64,000 bases of DNA, taken from contig JBBRLQ010000004.1 of assembly GCA_038231275.1 (NCBI GenBank), positions 96,001 through 160,000 of the forward strand, read 5' to 3'. Made by a program: the position numbers and the translations under genes. Under the pieces are notes generated by a model. The model was not told the origin of the DNA, did no database searches, and saw only the letters and a program-made list of their open reading frames with translations. Origin of the DNA: Polyangiales bacterium. GTDB lineage: Bacteria > Myxococcota_A > Polyangia > Polyangiales > Polyangiaceae. This document shows, one piece after another, positions 27,498 through 38,712 of this stretch. Every line of letters begins with the position of its first letter. Position 1 is the stretch's first letter.

Positions 27498-29513
27498 TTA
27501 CGGGAGCGTCTTGTACTCGAGGGTGAACTGCCCCTCGTTGCCTCCGGCGTGGCCGTCGACGATCACGAAGTAGGTGCCGGGATCGAGCGTCGTGTCGATG
27601 CGCGAGTGGTGCGTGTCGTCCGTGTCATTGTTGCAAGCGGCCTCCGCGTTGCGCACACCGCTCCCGCCCGACGTCTCCAAGCACGCCTTGCGGAGCGCGA
27701 GGACGCCGTCCCACGCCGGCGTCGCGAGCGCGAGGCGCACGTGCGTACGCTTCGCCAAGACCAGTCGAAAGGCGCGGTCCGGGCTCGTCTGCGTGTCCTC
27801 GCGCCCGCCGCACGACGTCGTGAATTTGTCGCCCGCACCCGTCGTCGTCGCCGAGGTCGTCTGACCGGCGACGAGCAGCGGCGCCGTGCGGCACGCGCCC
27901 TCCTGCGTCGCGACCTCGCGCACGCGAAAGTCGAACGTGAAGCGACCGAGCGCTCCCTCGCGCGCGCCGTCCACCGCGATGAAGTAGGTCCCCGGGGCGA
28001 GGAGCTCGTCGACCGCGGCGCCGCACGCGAGCTCGCTCGCGCGATCGCCGCACGCGCGCGTGAGGACGAAGACGTGACGGCCCTCCTGGCGAGTGAAGCG
28101 CGCGCTCACGCGTGAGCGGCGCGGGATCTCGACTTTGTAGACGACGTCGGCAGCGCCCGTGCCACCGCATTTTCCGGCGAAGTCGTCGCGCGCGAGGAAC
28201 GTGTCGCCGGCCGCCGCGCGCTCGCCCGCGGCGGAGAGCGGCAGCGCGTCGGCGCACGCGTCGCCCGGCGCCACGCTGCCTTGCTCGGGCGCGAGCTCCG
28301 CCGACAAGGTGTAGCGCCCCGCCGCGTCGCGCTCGTTCGAGTCGGCGAACACTGCGTAGTGCCCAGCGTCGAGGACGCCGACGAACGCCGCGTCGTCGTC
28401 GGTCGCCCCGGTGTTGGCGCAGCCGACCTCGCTCGACTCGTCCGCGCACGCGCGACGCACATGGACCACGGGCGCGAAATCGTCGGAGTGAAGGCCGAGG
28501 CGCACGCGCGCGCGCTGCGCGATGTCGAGGCGGTACGTCGCGTCGGGTCCCTTGGCGGCGTCGCCGCAGCTCGCGTGGGCGAAGTCGAACGACGCCGCGG
28601 TGGTCCCTTGCGTGGGCACGCCGCTCAGGAGCGCGCGCGACCTCTGGCACACCTCGGCGATCGTCGGCGTGTCGGCGAGCGCGACCGTCATGTGGAACGC
28701 GCCGCTCTCGCTCGCGTAGCCGTCGACGAAGACGTAGTAGGTTCCGGGATCGAGGACCTCGTCGACCCTCGATTTTCTCTGATGGCCCACGTCGTCGTTG
28801 CACGCCACCTCTGCCTCGGCGTCGGCGCAGTCGTCCTTTCGCACGTAAAGCACCGCGTCGAAGCGCGGATCGACCTCGATCGTGACGCGCTGGCGTGAGG
28901 GCAGATCGAGCTTGTAGATCAGCTCGCGCGATCCGCTGCTGGCGCACGAACCTTCGTGCTCGCTCTCGCCGTGCGCCGTCGACGCGTTGAGCGCGCCCGC
29001 GACCAGCGGAATCGGAGACTCGCACGTGCCGTGCGCCGTGGCGGCCGTCACAGTGGCGGGACCGGGCGCGGTCGAAGGGCCGGTGCCCGTCCCGCCCGTC
29101 CACGTGCCCGCGAGGAACTCTCCCGTCCCCTCGGCCATGCGCACGACGAGGACGTACGCGCCGGGGCGATCGACGCACGCGCGGACCACCGCCTGCGCAT
29201 CCTTCGTCGTGTCGTGGGCGACGGGCTTGCCGTCGGGATCGAGGAGCGTCGCGTCGAGATCGGCGACGCCCGCTCCCCCGAGGGCGACGATCGTAGTGCA
29301 CTGCGCGGCGAGCTCGATCGGGAGGCGCGCCTCGCGGCCGGCGGCAAGCGATCCGCGCTGGACGGGGCCCACTTGCGCGAGGCCCATCGCGGCGAGCGCG
29401 TTGTGCACGGCGACGTAGCGCGGCTCGATCTCGGCGCCGCGCGTCGAGGCGCACGCGGCGACGGAGAGGAGCGCGAAGCCGACGGCGGCGCGGCGAGGCC
29501 ACGGGGAGCGCAT
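27498..29513 (-). CDS. Lipoprotein with tandem PPC-like (pre-peptidase C-terminal) beta domains
   Basis: Lipobox VAAC; repeated units ending ACNDD...LDPGTYYVFVDG; no protease domain. Confidence 0.8.
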   Translation of the reverse strand: MRSPWPRRAAVGFALLSVAACASTRGAEIEPRYVAVHNALAAMGLAQVGPVQRGSLAAGREARLPIELAAQCTTIVALGGAGVADLDATLLDPDGKPVAHDTTKDAQAVVRACVDRPGAYVLVVRMAEGTGEFLAGTWTGGTGTGPSTAPGPATVTAATAHGTCESPIPLVAGALNASTAHGESEHEGSCASSGSRELIYKLDLPSRQRVTIEVDPRFDAVLYVRKDDCADAEAEVACNDDVGHQRKSRVDEVLDPGTYYVFVDGYASESGAFHMTVALADTPTIAEVCQRSRALLSGVPTQGTTAASFDFAHASCGDAAKGPDATYRLDIAQRARVRLGLHSDDFAPVVHVRRACADESSEVGCANTGATDDDAAFVGVLDAGHYAVFADSNERDAAGRYTLSAELAPEQGSVAPGDACADALPLSAAGERAAAGDTFLARDDFAGKCGGTGAADVVYKVEIPRRSRVSARFTRQEGRHVFVLTRACGDRASELACGAAVDELLAPGTYFIAVDGAREGALGRFTFDFRVREVATQEGACRTAPLLVAGQTTSATTTGAGDKFTTSCGGREDTQTSPDRAFRLVLAKRTHVRLALATPAWDGVLALRKACLETSGGSGVRNAEAACNNDTDDTHHSRIDTTLDPGTYFVIVDGHAGGNEGQFTLEYKTLP

Positions 29514-29521
29514 CTCTTCGC

Positions 29522-31081
<1,560 letters not shown>

Positions 31082-31127
31082 GGCGACACTTCCTCCTGGG
31101 AGTATCCCACAAAGGAGGCGCCACGGC

Positions 31128-32060
31128 TCAGAACATGCCGGAAACCCCGAACGGGGACAGCCGCCAGCCGGCGGTGGGGCGTGCATCCGCGGACGACCAT
31201 TCGGTAAAGAAGACCCCGACGACCGCCGTGACCACCGCCAGCCCGGCCGTCGCGCCGAGGAGGATGTTGGTCCGGAGCTGGGCCTGGAGGCCACGCTGGT
31301 AGGTCGGGCAGCTCTCGCCTAGGCCTGCGCACTCGCGACGGACGGCGTCGGCGCCAGGGTTGTTCTTCGCGTCGATGCCCGACACGACGGTCGCACCCGC
31401 GCCGACCGCGGTGAGCCCCCCCATGACCACGAAGACGACGGGCCCGAACGGCTTTCCCCCCGTGGTCTTCGGGGGCGGCGGCGTGGCACGGACGGCCTCC
31501 TCGGGAGGCTTCACGGAAAGCTCCGACTTTCCGCCGGCTTTTGCGTCGACCTTAATCTGCCGCGTCCGGGTGCCGAAGCTGACGGCGAGCTCGTGCGCGC
31601 CGGGATCCAGGAAGATGCGCTGGGTCCGCGCGTCCACGAGGGAAACCGCGCGGCCGTCGGCGGCGACGGCGCATTTGGGATCGCAGACGACGACGACGGC
31701 GTGCGCCTTCGCGCTCGTCTCGGCGAGGACCTCGTTCGCGAGCTGCACCGTAGGCGCGTCCGACGCATAGTGGTCGAGCGCCAGCTGGGCGAGGGTTCCC
31801 GCGCGCGCGAACTGCCGCGCGGCCCTCCGCGCACGGATCGCGTTGCGAAGCGCCTCGGCGCGCGGCGCGTCGATGAACGCGTTTTCGAAATGGACCGCCG
31901 CCGGCTCGAACTTGTTCTCGAGGAACAGACGACGCCCCTCGTCGAACTCGCGCGCGGCGGCGCGGAGCGTCTCGGCGTTGTCTTCGGCGCAGGCGTCCTT
32001 GGCGACGAGGCCACCGGCGACCCCGAGCGCGATCATCACCCCGACGAGTCGGACGGACAC
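31128..32060 (-). CDS. Secreted/membrane TPR + PEGA-like protein
   Basis: Signal peptide, TPR-like AREFDEGRRLF...AAVHFENA, PEGA-like LDPGAHELAVS, C-terminal hydrophobic segments ending in F. Confidence 0.7.
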   Translation of the reverse strand: MSVRLVGVMIALGVAGGLVAKDACAEDNAETLRAAAREFDEGRRLFLENKFEPAAVHFENAFIDAPRAEALRNAIRARRAARQFARAGTLAQLALDHYASDAPTVQLANEVLAETSAKAHAVVVVCDPKCAVAADGRAVSLVDARTQRIFLDPGAHELAVSFGTRTRQIKVDAKAGGKSELSVKPPEEAVRATPPPPKTTGGKPFGPVVFVVMGGLTAVGAGATVVSGIDAKNNPGADAVRRECAGLGESCPTYQRGLQAQLRTNILLGATAGLAVVTAVVGVFFTEWSSADARPTAGWRLSPFGVSGMF

Positions 32061-32082
32061 CCAGTCATGATAGCAAAGACCC

Positions 32083-32988
32083 ATGAACCTCGACGCCCTG
32101 GCGACCTTCGTCCACGTCGTCGAGGGCGCGAGCTTCACCGCGGCGGCGAAGAAGCTCGGCGTGCCGACATCGACGGTGAGCCGCGACATCGCGCGCCTCG
32201 AGGAGACGCTCGGCGCGCGCCTGCTCCACCGGACGACGCGCAAGGTGGCGCTCACGTCCGCTGGCGCGACGCTGTACGAGCGCGTCCTCCCGCACGTGGC
32301 AGCACTGCGCGCCGCGGCGCGGGACGTCCCCGAGCAAGGCAGCCACCCGGCGGGCACCCTCCGCATCACGATGCCGAACGATCTGGGGACGAGCTACTTC
32401 GCCGAGCTCGCGGCGGCGTTCCTCGCGCAGCACCCGCACGTGCAGCTCGACGTACGGCTGACACCGCGCCCGGTGGATGTCGTCGCGGAGGGCTTCGATC
32501 TGGCGCTCCGCATCGGCAAAATTCAGGACTCCACGCTCGTCGCGCGGCGCGTGGGGACGCTCGACGCGTATCTGTTCGCGTCGCCGGCGTACGTGGCGAG
32601 CCGCGGAAGGCCAACCTCACCGCTCGACCTGCACGATCACGCGTGCCTGGTCTTTCGATCGCACGATGGCCGGGCGCAGTTGTGGACCTTGTCGGGCCCC
32701 GAGGGCAAGAGCGAGGTCTCGCCCGATCCGCACCTCTTCGCCGACGATTTCGCGTTCCTGCGGGGCGCGGCGATCGCGGGCGCCGGCGTAGCGCTCCTCC
32801 CGGGCTTCCTCGCAGCCGCCGACGTCGCGGCGGGGCGCCTGGAGCGCGTTCTTCCGCGCCACGAGGCGCCGCCCGCTCCGCTCTTCGCGGCGTATCCGTC
32901 CAGCCGCAACCTGCCGCGCAAGGTCACCGCGTTCCGCGATTTCCTGCTTCAGGCGCTGCGCAAGCGTCCGCTGAATCAGGGAGCGTAA
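32083..32988 (+). CDS. LysR-family transcriptional regulator
   Basis: FVHVVEGASFTAAAKKLG...VSRDIARLEETLGARLLHRTTR; CrgA-like effector domain. Confidence 0.95.
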   Translation: MNLDALATFVHVVEGASFTAAAKKLGVPTSTVSRDIARLEETLGARLLHRTTRKVALTSAGATLYERVLPHVAALRAAARDVPEQGSHPAGTLRITMPNDLGTSYFAELAAAFLAQHPHVQLDVRLTPRPVDVVAEGFDLALRIGKIQDSTLVARRVGTLDAYLFASPAYVASRGRPTSPLDLHDHACLVFRSHDGRAQLWTLSGPEGKSEVSPDPHLFADDFAFLRGAAIAGAGVALLPGFLAAADVAAGRLERVLPRHEAPPAPLFAAYPSSRNLPRKVTAFRDFLLQALRKRPLNQGA

Positions 32989-33017
32989 CCGTCACGCTCC
33001 CCGACGCGGGTCGAGGC

Positions 33018-33590
33018 TCAGGGGCCGACGATGTGGCAGTTGCCGCAGCCGAAGCCGGTCTTGGTCGCCATGTCGAACGCCGGCATGCCGAGGAGATCCT
33101 TCATCGTCGGAGTGACCTGCTCCATCATGAACTTGGTGATCTTCGGGTCCTTCGTCATGTGCTTCTTGAAGCCATCGGTGAAGGAGAGCTTGGGGAGCTT
33201 GGCGTTCGGCATGTCGAACTTGCCTTGCTTCGCGCCGTCGCCGTGGCACGTGACGCACGTGACGTTCTGCCACTTCTTGCCGTCGTAGCCCTTCAGGACC
33301 TCGGCCATCTTCGGCATGACGACCTTCTTCATGTGGTCGGTCTTCTGCTCCTTGGTCATGCCCTTCCAGTCGAGCTTCGCCTCGACGGGCGCGGTCGCCG
33401 TCGGCGCCGCCGTGGCGGACGCGGTCGGGGCAGGCGTGGTCGCCGTGGGGGCCGGCGGCATGTCCGGCGCCGACGGGGCGGCGGGGACGTCCGGCGTGGC
33501 GGGGGGCGTCGGCGCTCCTCCGCCGCAAGCGGCTCCGATGGCGAGGGCGGTCGGGAGGAACAGGGCGGCGAGGAGGGAGCGGGTACGCAT
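33018..33590 (-). CDS. Dihaem c-type cytochrome lipoprotein
   Basis: Lipobox GAAC; two CxxCH motifs (CVTCH, CGNCH), each preceded by Met-rich helices. Confidence 0.85.
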   Translation of the reverse strand: MRTRSLLAALFLPTALAIGAACGGGAPTPPATPDVPAAPSAPDMPPAPTATTPAPTASATAAPTATAPVEAKLDWKGMTKEQKTDHMKKVVMPKMAEVLKGYDGKKWQNVTCVTCHGDGAKQGKFDMPNAKLPKLSFTDGFKKHMTKDPKITKFMMEQVTPTMKDLLGMPAFDMATKTGFGCGNCHIVGP

Positions 33591-33747
33591 GGGGTCTTCT
33601 CCTAATCGAGTGACCGCCCAATGCGGGGACACGCACTACACTGTTGCGTGTGCGCACCAATCACTTCCCCTACTTCCTCGCGATTCCCATGGAGTCCGCG
33701 TTCGTCAATAACTTGCCTACATCCACCTACTCGGGCGATTTGGGGGA

Positions 33748-34746
33748 ATGCGCACCGTTGCTCTCGGCCGACGCGCCTTTCTCGGCGGCATCGTCGCCGC
33801 CACCGTTGCCCTCGCCGCTCGCCCCGCGCGCGCGGCCTCGCGCGTACGTTCGGTGACCACCGACGAGCGCGGCACCACGTTCGCCCTCGAGCTCGATCAC
33901 GCCCCCTTCCCCGCCGCCGGCGCCGCGTACCAGGACCGCACCGTCTTCGCCTTCGTGCCGCGCCACCATCGCGCGCCGCGCGACGGACGGATCAGCGTCG
34001 TCGTCCATTTCCACGGCCACAACACCACAGCCGAGCGCGCGATGATCGCGCACGAGCTCCGCGAGCAGCTGTTCGACAGCAAGCAGAACGCGATCCTCCT
34101 CGTACCGCAGGGGCCGGTCATGAACGCCGACTCATCGTGCGGGAAGCTCGAAGCCGAGGGCGGTCTCGCGCGCATGCTCGACGACGCGCTCACGGCGCTG
34201 GCTTCGCCCGAAGCGAGCAAGACCCTCGGCCCGGCGCGGGTGGGCGGGGGCACGGCGCCGACGCGCGCCGGGACGGTGTGCCTGTCGGCGCACTCGGGCG
34301 GCTACCACGCGGCGGCGGCGTGTGCGCGCGCGGGAGGGGTCGACGTGAACGAGATCTACTTGTTCGACGCGCTCTACGCGAACACCGAGATGTTCAAGGA
34401 CTGGGTCGTGGCCGGACAGGGCCGCGGGATGCGGCACCGTCACAAGCTCGTGAGCTATTACGGCGCCGGCGCGTCCACCGAAGGCGAGAGCCAGCACCTC
34501 CTCGCCGATCTCGAGCGCGCCGGCGTCCGCTGCGCGTACGAGAAGGTGGAGGGCACGCTCTCGCGCGAAGAGCTCACCGAGAGTGAAGCGGTGTTCGTCC
34601 GCACCGCGCTCGCGCACAACGGCGTCACGCACGAGCTCAACGCGCTGCGCGACTGCCTCTATGCGTCCGGCCTCACGCGCCACCTCCGCACCGCCTGGTT
34701 CGATCACAAGCAGGGCGCGCGGCCGCTCGAGAGGCGGCGCCCGTGA
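33748..34746 (+). CDS. Tat-exported alpha/beta hydrolase
   Basis: GRRAFL Tat signal; HFHG; nucleophile elbow AHSGG; LFDALY. Confidence 0.8.
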   Translation: MRTVALGRRAFLGGIVAATVALAARPARAASRVRSVTTDERGTTFALELDHAPFPAAGAAYQDRTVFAFVPRHHRAPRDGRISVVVHFHGHNTTAERAMIAHELREQLFDSKQNAILLVPQGPVMNADSSCGKLEAEGGLARMLDDALTALASPEASKTLGPARVGGGTAPTRAGTVCLSAHSGGYHAAAACARAGGVDVNEIYLFDALYANTEMFKDWVVAGQGRGMRHRHKLVSYYGAGASTEGESQHLLADLERAGVRCAYEKVEGTLSREELTESEAVFVRTALAHNGVTHELNALRDCLYASGLTRHLRTAWFDHKQGARPLERRRP

Positions 34747-35132
34747 TCCGCGTCACTCCCCTTTACGCCGCTGCGTCCGGCGTCCTGCTCGTCGCCTTCG
34801 CCGCCTACATCTCTCGGCTCCGCGGTCAGCTCCAGGTCGGCCTCGGCGACGGCGGCGCGAAGATCCTCCAGCGCGCCGTCCGCGTGCACGGGAACTTCGC
34901 CGAGTTCGTCCCCCTCGCGCTCCTCCTCATGCTCGCCGCCGAGCTTCAGGGCGCGCCGCCGATCGTCCTCCATGCTCTCGGCATCTCGCTCGTGGCGGCG
35001 CGCATCGCGCACGCGGTCGGCGTGTACAAATCGAGCGGCACGTCGCCGGGACGCTTCCTCGGCACGGCGCTCACTTGGACGATGATCCTGGCGAACGGCG
35101 GCGTGTGCGTCTACTACGCGCTCATTTCGTGA
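34743..35132 (+). CDS. MAPEG family membrane protein
   Basis: RAVRVHGNFAEFVP, ARIAHAVG; GTGA overlap. Confidence 0.9.
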   Translation: MIRVTPLYAAASGVLLVAFAAYISRLRGQLQVGLGDGGAKILQRAVRVHGNFAEFVPLALLLMLAAELQGAPPIVLHALGISLVAARIAHAVGVYKSSGTSPGRFLGTALTWTMILANGGVCVYYALIS

Positions 35133-35136
35133 GCGA

Positions 35137-36573
35137 CTACGCCATCTCGAGGAACAGCGTGTCCGGCGTCTCCAGATAGGAAATCACGTCGTAGGCGAAG
35201 GCTGCCCCGACGTGGCCATCGACGATGCGGTGATCGAACGAGAGGCTGAGGAGCATCACCTCGCCGATGACAATCTGCCCGTCCTTCACGACCGCGCGCT
35301 CCTTCATGCGGTGCACGCCGAGGATGCCCACTTCGGGGAAATTCAGGATCGGCGTCGCGAAGAGGCCGCCTTGCGCGCCGAGCGACGTGATCGTGAACGT
35401 CGACCCCGACAGCTCGCTCGCCTTGGACTTGCCAGCCTTCGCCTCGGCGCCGAGGCGATCGATCTCGCGCGCGACGTCGAGGAGGCTCTTGCGATCGGCG
35501 TCCTTCAGAACCGGAACGATGAGGCCTGCGTCGGTCGAGGCGGCGATGCCGATGTTGTAGTACTTGCGGTAGACGAGCTCGTTGGTGCTCTCGTCGAGCG
35601 CGCTGTTGAGGATGGGGTGCTTCTTCAGCGACGCGACGACCGCCTTCACGATGAACGGCAGGTACGTGAGCTTGACGCCCGCCTTCTCTGCGGCGGGCTT
35701 GAGGCGCGTGCGCATCGCCTTGAGCTGCGTGACGTCGCACTCCTCGACGAAGGTGAAGTGCGCGGCGGTCTGCGTGCTCATCTGCATGCGCGTCGCGATC
35801 TTGCGGCGCATGCCGGCGAAAGGGACGCGCTCCTCGAGCGCCGTCTGCTCGTGGGTCGGCGCGGTGATCTTCACGGCGTCGCGCGCGTGCCCGCCGATGC
35901 TCGTCGCGCTCGTCGTAGGAGACTGCGCGGCGGCGGTCGTCGACGAGAGCGCCGGCGTCGTCGCGAACGACTCGACGTCCCTCTTGGTGACGCGCCCCTG
36001 CGGGCCGGTCGGCGGCACGCGCGTGAGATCGATGCTCATGTCGCGCGCGAGCTTGCGCGTGGCCGGCGTCGCGAGCGGCTTCGCGTTGAAGTAGCCCTGC
36101 ACCGCGCCACCCGCAGACACGCCACCGCCTCCGCCACCGCCTCCGCTCGAAGCGCGCGCCGCGCCCATTCCCGGGAGCGACTCTTTGATGTCGCCGAGCG
36201 CCGTCGCCGCCGGACCTTGGTCCTTGGAAGGCGACGCGCCAGGCCCGTGGCCGTTCACGCCGTTCCCGTTGCCGTTCTTGTTGACCGACGGAGCCGCCGC
36301 GGGAGCCGCCGGAGCCGCAGCCGTAGCATCACCGCCGAGGTCGAACACGACGAGCACGTGGTGCACGCGCACGATCTCGCCGACCTTGCCCGTCGTCTCG
36401 AGGATCGTGCCGGCGCGCGGCGACGTGATCGTGACGGTCGCCTTGTCGGTCATCACTTCGACCATCGGCTGGTCCTCTTTGACGACGTCGCCGGGCTTGA
36501 CCAGCCAGGCCACGACCTCGCCCTCGGTGACCCCTTCGCCGATGTCCGGAAGCTTGAATTCCCAGCGCGCCAT
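35137..36573 (-). CDS. 2-oxoacid dehydrogenase E2 (dihydrolipoamide acyltransferase)
   Basis: Lipoyl EVMTDKATV, E3-binding ATPATRKLAR, catalytic DHRIVDG. Confidence 0.95.
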   Translation of the reverse strand: MARWEFKLPDIGEGVTEGEVVAWLVKPGDVVKEDQPMVEVMTDKATVTITSPRAGTILETTGKVGEIVRVHHVLVVFDLGGDATAAAPAAPAAAPSVNKNGNGNGVNGHGPGASPSKDQGPAATALGDIKESLPGMGAARASSGGGGGGGGVSAGGAVQGYFNAKPLATPATRKLARDMSIDLTRVPPTGPQGRVTKRDVESFATTPALSSTTAAAQSPTTSATSIGGHARDAVKITAPTHEQTALEERVPFAGMRRKIATRMQMSTQTAAHFTFVEECDVTQLKAMRTRLKPAAEKAGVKLTYLPFIVKAVVASLKKHPILNSALDESTNELVYRKYYNIGIAASTDAGLIVPVLKDADRKSLLDVAREIDRLGAEAKAGKSKASELSGSTFTITSLGAQGGLFATPILNFPEVGILGVHRMKERAVVKDGQIVIGEVMLLSLSFDHRIVDGHVGAAFAYDVISYLETPDTLFLEMA

Positions 36574-36589
36574 GACTTCTTTCCTTGTC

Positions 36590-36675
36590 ATAGAGCAACC
36601 GTCCCTTGAATGGAACGGTTGCTCTATCCTTCTGGTGGGTCGCTCCAGTCGTTTGCCCGCGGCGGTCAAACGACT
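36590..36675. other. Two strong intergenic stem-loops between E1b and E2
   Basis: ATAGAGCAACCGT/ACGGTTGCTCTAT (36590-36627) and AGTCGTTTG/CAAACGACT (36647-36675). Confidence 0.75.
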
Positions 36676-36686
36676 TCTGCTTTAGA

Positions 36687-37661
36687 CTAGAACCGCGCCG
36701 TGTCGAGGACGGCGGGCAGGATGCGGTGAGCGAGGGGCAAGTACTCCATCTCGAGCGAGTACGGGAATGGCGTGTCGAAGCCGGCGACGCGGACCGGCGG
36801 TGCCTCGAGGTGGACGAATGCCTTCTCGTTGACGAGCGCGACGAGCTCCGCGCCGAACCCGCACGTTTTGGGCGCCTCGTGGACGACGACGACGCGGCCC
36901 GTCTTCTTCACGCTCGCGACGATCGCGTCGATGTCGACCGGCCACAGCGTCCGCAGGTCCAGGACCTCGCACTCGACGCCTTGCTTGGCGGCCTCCTCGG
37001 CGGCCGCGAGCGCCTCGTAGAGCATCGCGCCCCAGGCGATGACGGTGACGTGCTTGCCCGGACGCGCGATCGCGGCCTTGCCGAGCTCCACGGTGTAGTC
37101 CCCTTCCGGCACCTCGCCCTTCGCGGCCCGGTAGACGCGCTTCGGCTCGAAGAAGAGGACGGGATCGGGATCGCGGATCGACGCGAGGAGGAGGCCCTTT
37201 GCGTCGTACGGGTTCGACGGGCAGACGACCTTGAGGCCGGCGGTGTGGATGAAGAGCGCCTCGGGCGACTGCGAGTGGTAGTGGCCGCCGCGGATGCCGC
37301 CGCCGACCGGTGCGCGGATCACGATCTTGCTCGCGTACTCGCCGCCCGAGCGGTACCGCATCTTGGCGAGCTCGCTGACGATCTGATCGAACGCCGGGTA
37401 GATGAAATCGGCGAACTGGATCTCCGGCACCGGGACCATGCCGTAGAGCGCCATGCCGATCGCCGTGCCGATGATGCCGCCCTCGCTGAGCGGGGTGTCG
37501 ATGACGCGATCCTCGCCGAACTCGTCGAAGAGCCCCTGCGTGACGCGGAAGACGCCGCCGACCTTGCCGACGTCCTCGCCCATGACGATGACGCGCGGGT
37601 CCCTTCTCATCTCATGACGGAGGCCGTCGTTGATGGCCCCGACCATGTTCATTTCCGGCAT
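36687..37661 (-). CDS. 2-oxoacid dehydrogenase E1 beta
   Basis: GEDVGKVGGVFRVT, DTPLSE, EIQFADF, GGHYHSQS. Confidence 0.96.
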   Translation of the reverse strand: MPEMNMVGAINDGLRHEMRRDPRVIVMGEDVGKVGGVFRVTQGLFDEFGEDRVIDTPLSEGGIIGTAIGMALYGMVPVPEIQFADFIYPAFDQIVSELAKMRYRSGGEYASKIVIRAPVGGGIRGGHYHSQSPEALFIHTAGLKVVCPSNPYDAKGLLLASIRDPDPVLFFEPKRVYRAAKGEVPEGDYTVELGKAAIARPGKHVTVIAWGAMLYEALAAAEEAAKQGVECEVLDLRTLWPVDIDAIVASVKKTGRVVVVHEAPKTCGFGAELVALVNEKAFVHLEAPPVRVAGFDTPFPYSLEMEYLPLAHRILPAVLDTARF

Positions 37662-38629
37662 TTTTCGAGCTCCTCACGCTCCTCGTGGAGGTGCCACGGC
37701 GCGCTGCGGTAGACGTCGTCGAACATCGATTCGCGCGGGGGCGCGGGCTCGGACTGGGCGAGGGCGAGGGCCACGTCGATCTCGGCGCGGACACGGCCGG
37801 CGTGCTCGCTCTCGTCCTTCTCGGTCCAGAGGCGGCGCGCCTCGAGGTGCTGGCGGACACGGTGGAGCGGATCGTCTTTGCGCGAGGTGGTCGCCTCGAT
37901 GAGGGTGGCACCTTCGCCGTGGGTCGCGCGTTGGATGGCGCTCGCGACCGCCTTGTGGACTGCGAAGAGATCGTTGCCGTCGACCGCGACGCCGGGAATG
38001 CCGTACGCGATGCCCTTCAGCCAGAACGAGCTCGCCGCGGTCTGCCGCTCGGCGGGGACGCTGATGGCCCAGCCGTTGTTCCGACACAAGAAGACGACCG
38101 GCGCCTTGAAGACGCCCGCGAAGTTGAGGCCCGTGTGGAAGTCGCCGGAGCTGGTGGCCCCTTCGCCGAAGCAGGCGAGCGCGACGACGTCGTCCTTCTT
38201 CAGCTTCGCCGCCCACGCGAAGCCGACCGCGTGGGTGATCTGCGTGCCGATCGGCGCGCTCGCCGACGCGAAGCGAGCCGCCCGCGACGCGAACGTGCCG
38301 GGCATCTGCCGCCCCTTGCCGCCGTCGCCCACCTTGCCGAAGACGTGGGAGAGGTACGCCGCGAGCGGCATTCCGCGATAGAGCGCGCCTGCCGCCTCGC
38401 GCCCGTAGTGGAAGACCCAATCCTGCTCCCTCAGCGCCGCGACCGCCCCGAGGATCGCCGCCTCCTCGAACGCCGCCGAGAGGTGGGAGCCGAGCTTGCC
38501 ATCCTTCTGGAGCTGCGCGAGGCGCTCGTCGAGCGTGCGGGCGAGGACCATGTGCTTGTAGAGTGCAAGCACCTTCTCGCCTTCGAGCGGCGCGTCGGGC
38601 GCGCGGAGGGGGGTTACGGTGGCCACCAT
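37649..38629 (-). CDS. 2-oxoacid dehydrogenase E1 alpha, degenerate active site
   Basis: ThDP motif FGEGATS...CRNN is present, but the YRxxxHS..DD loop is absent (LIEATTSRKDDP). Confidence 0.88.
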   Translation of the reverse strand: MVATVTPLRAPDAPLEGEKVLALYKHMVLARTLDERLAQLQKDGKLGSHLSAAFEEAAILGAVAALREQDWVFHYGREAAGALYRGMPLAAYLSHVFGKVGDGGKGRQMPGTFASRAARFASASAPIGTQITHAVGFAWAAKLKKDDVVALACFGEGATSSGDFHTGLNFAGVFKAPVVFLCRNNGWAISVPAERQTAASSFWLKGIAYGIPGVAVDGNDLFAVHKAVASAIQRATHGEGATLIEATTSRKDDPLHRVRQHLEARRLWTEKDESEHAGRVRAEIDVALALAQSEPAPPRESMFDDVYRSAPWHLHEEREELEKCRK

Positions 38630-38712
38630 GGGCGGCCGAACCTTAGAGCGGAAGTCGCCTGCACGAAACGTGAAATCGACGGGGAGCGACCTCGAAGAGG
38701 CGGGGCTGACCG

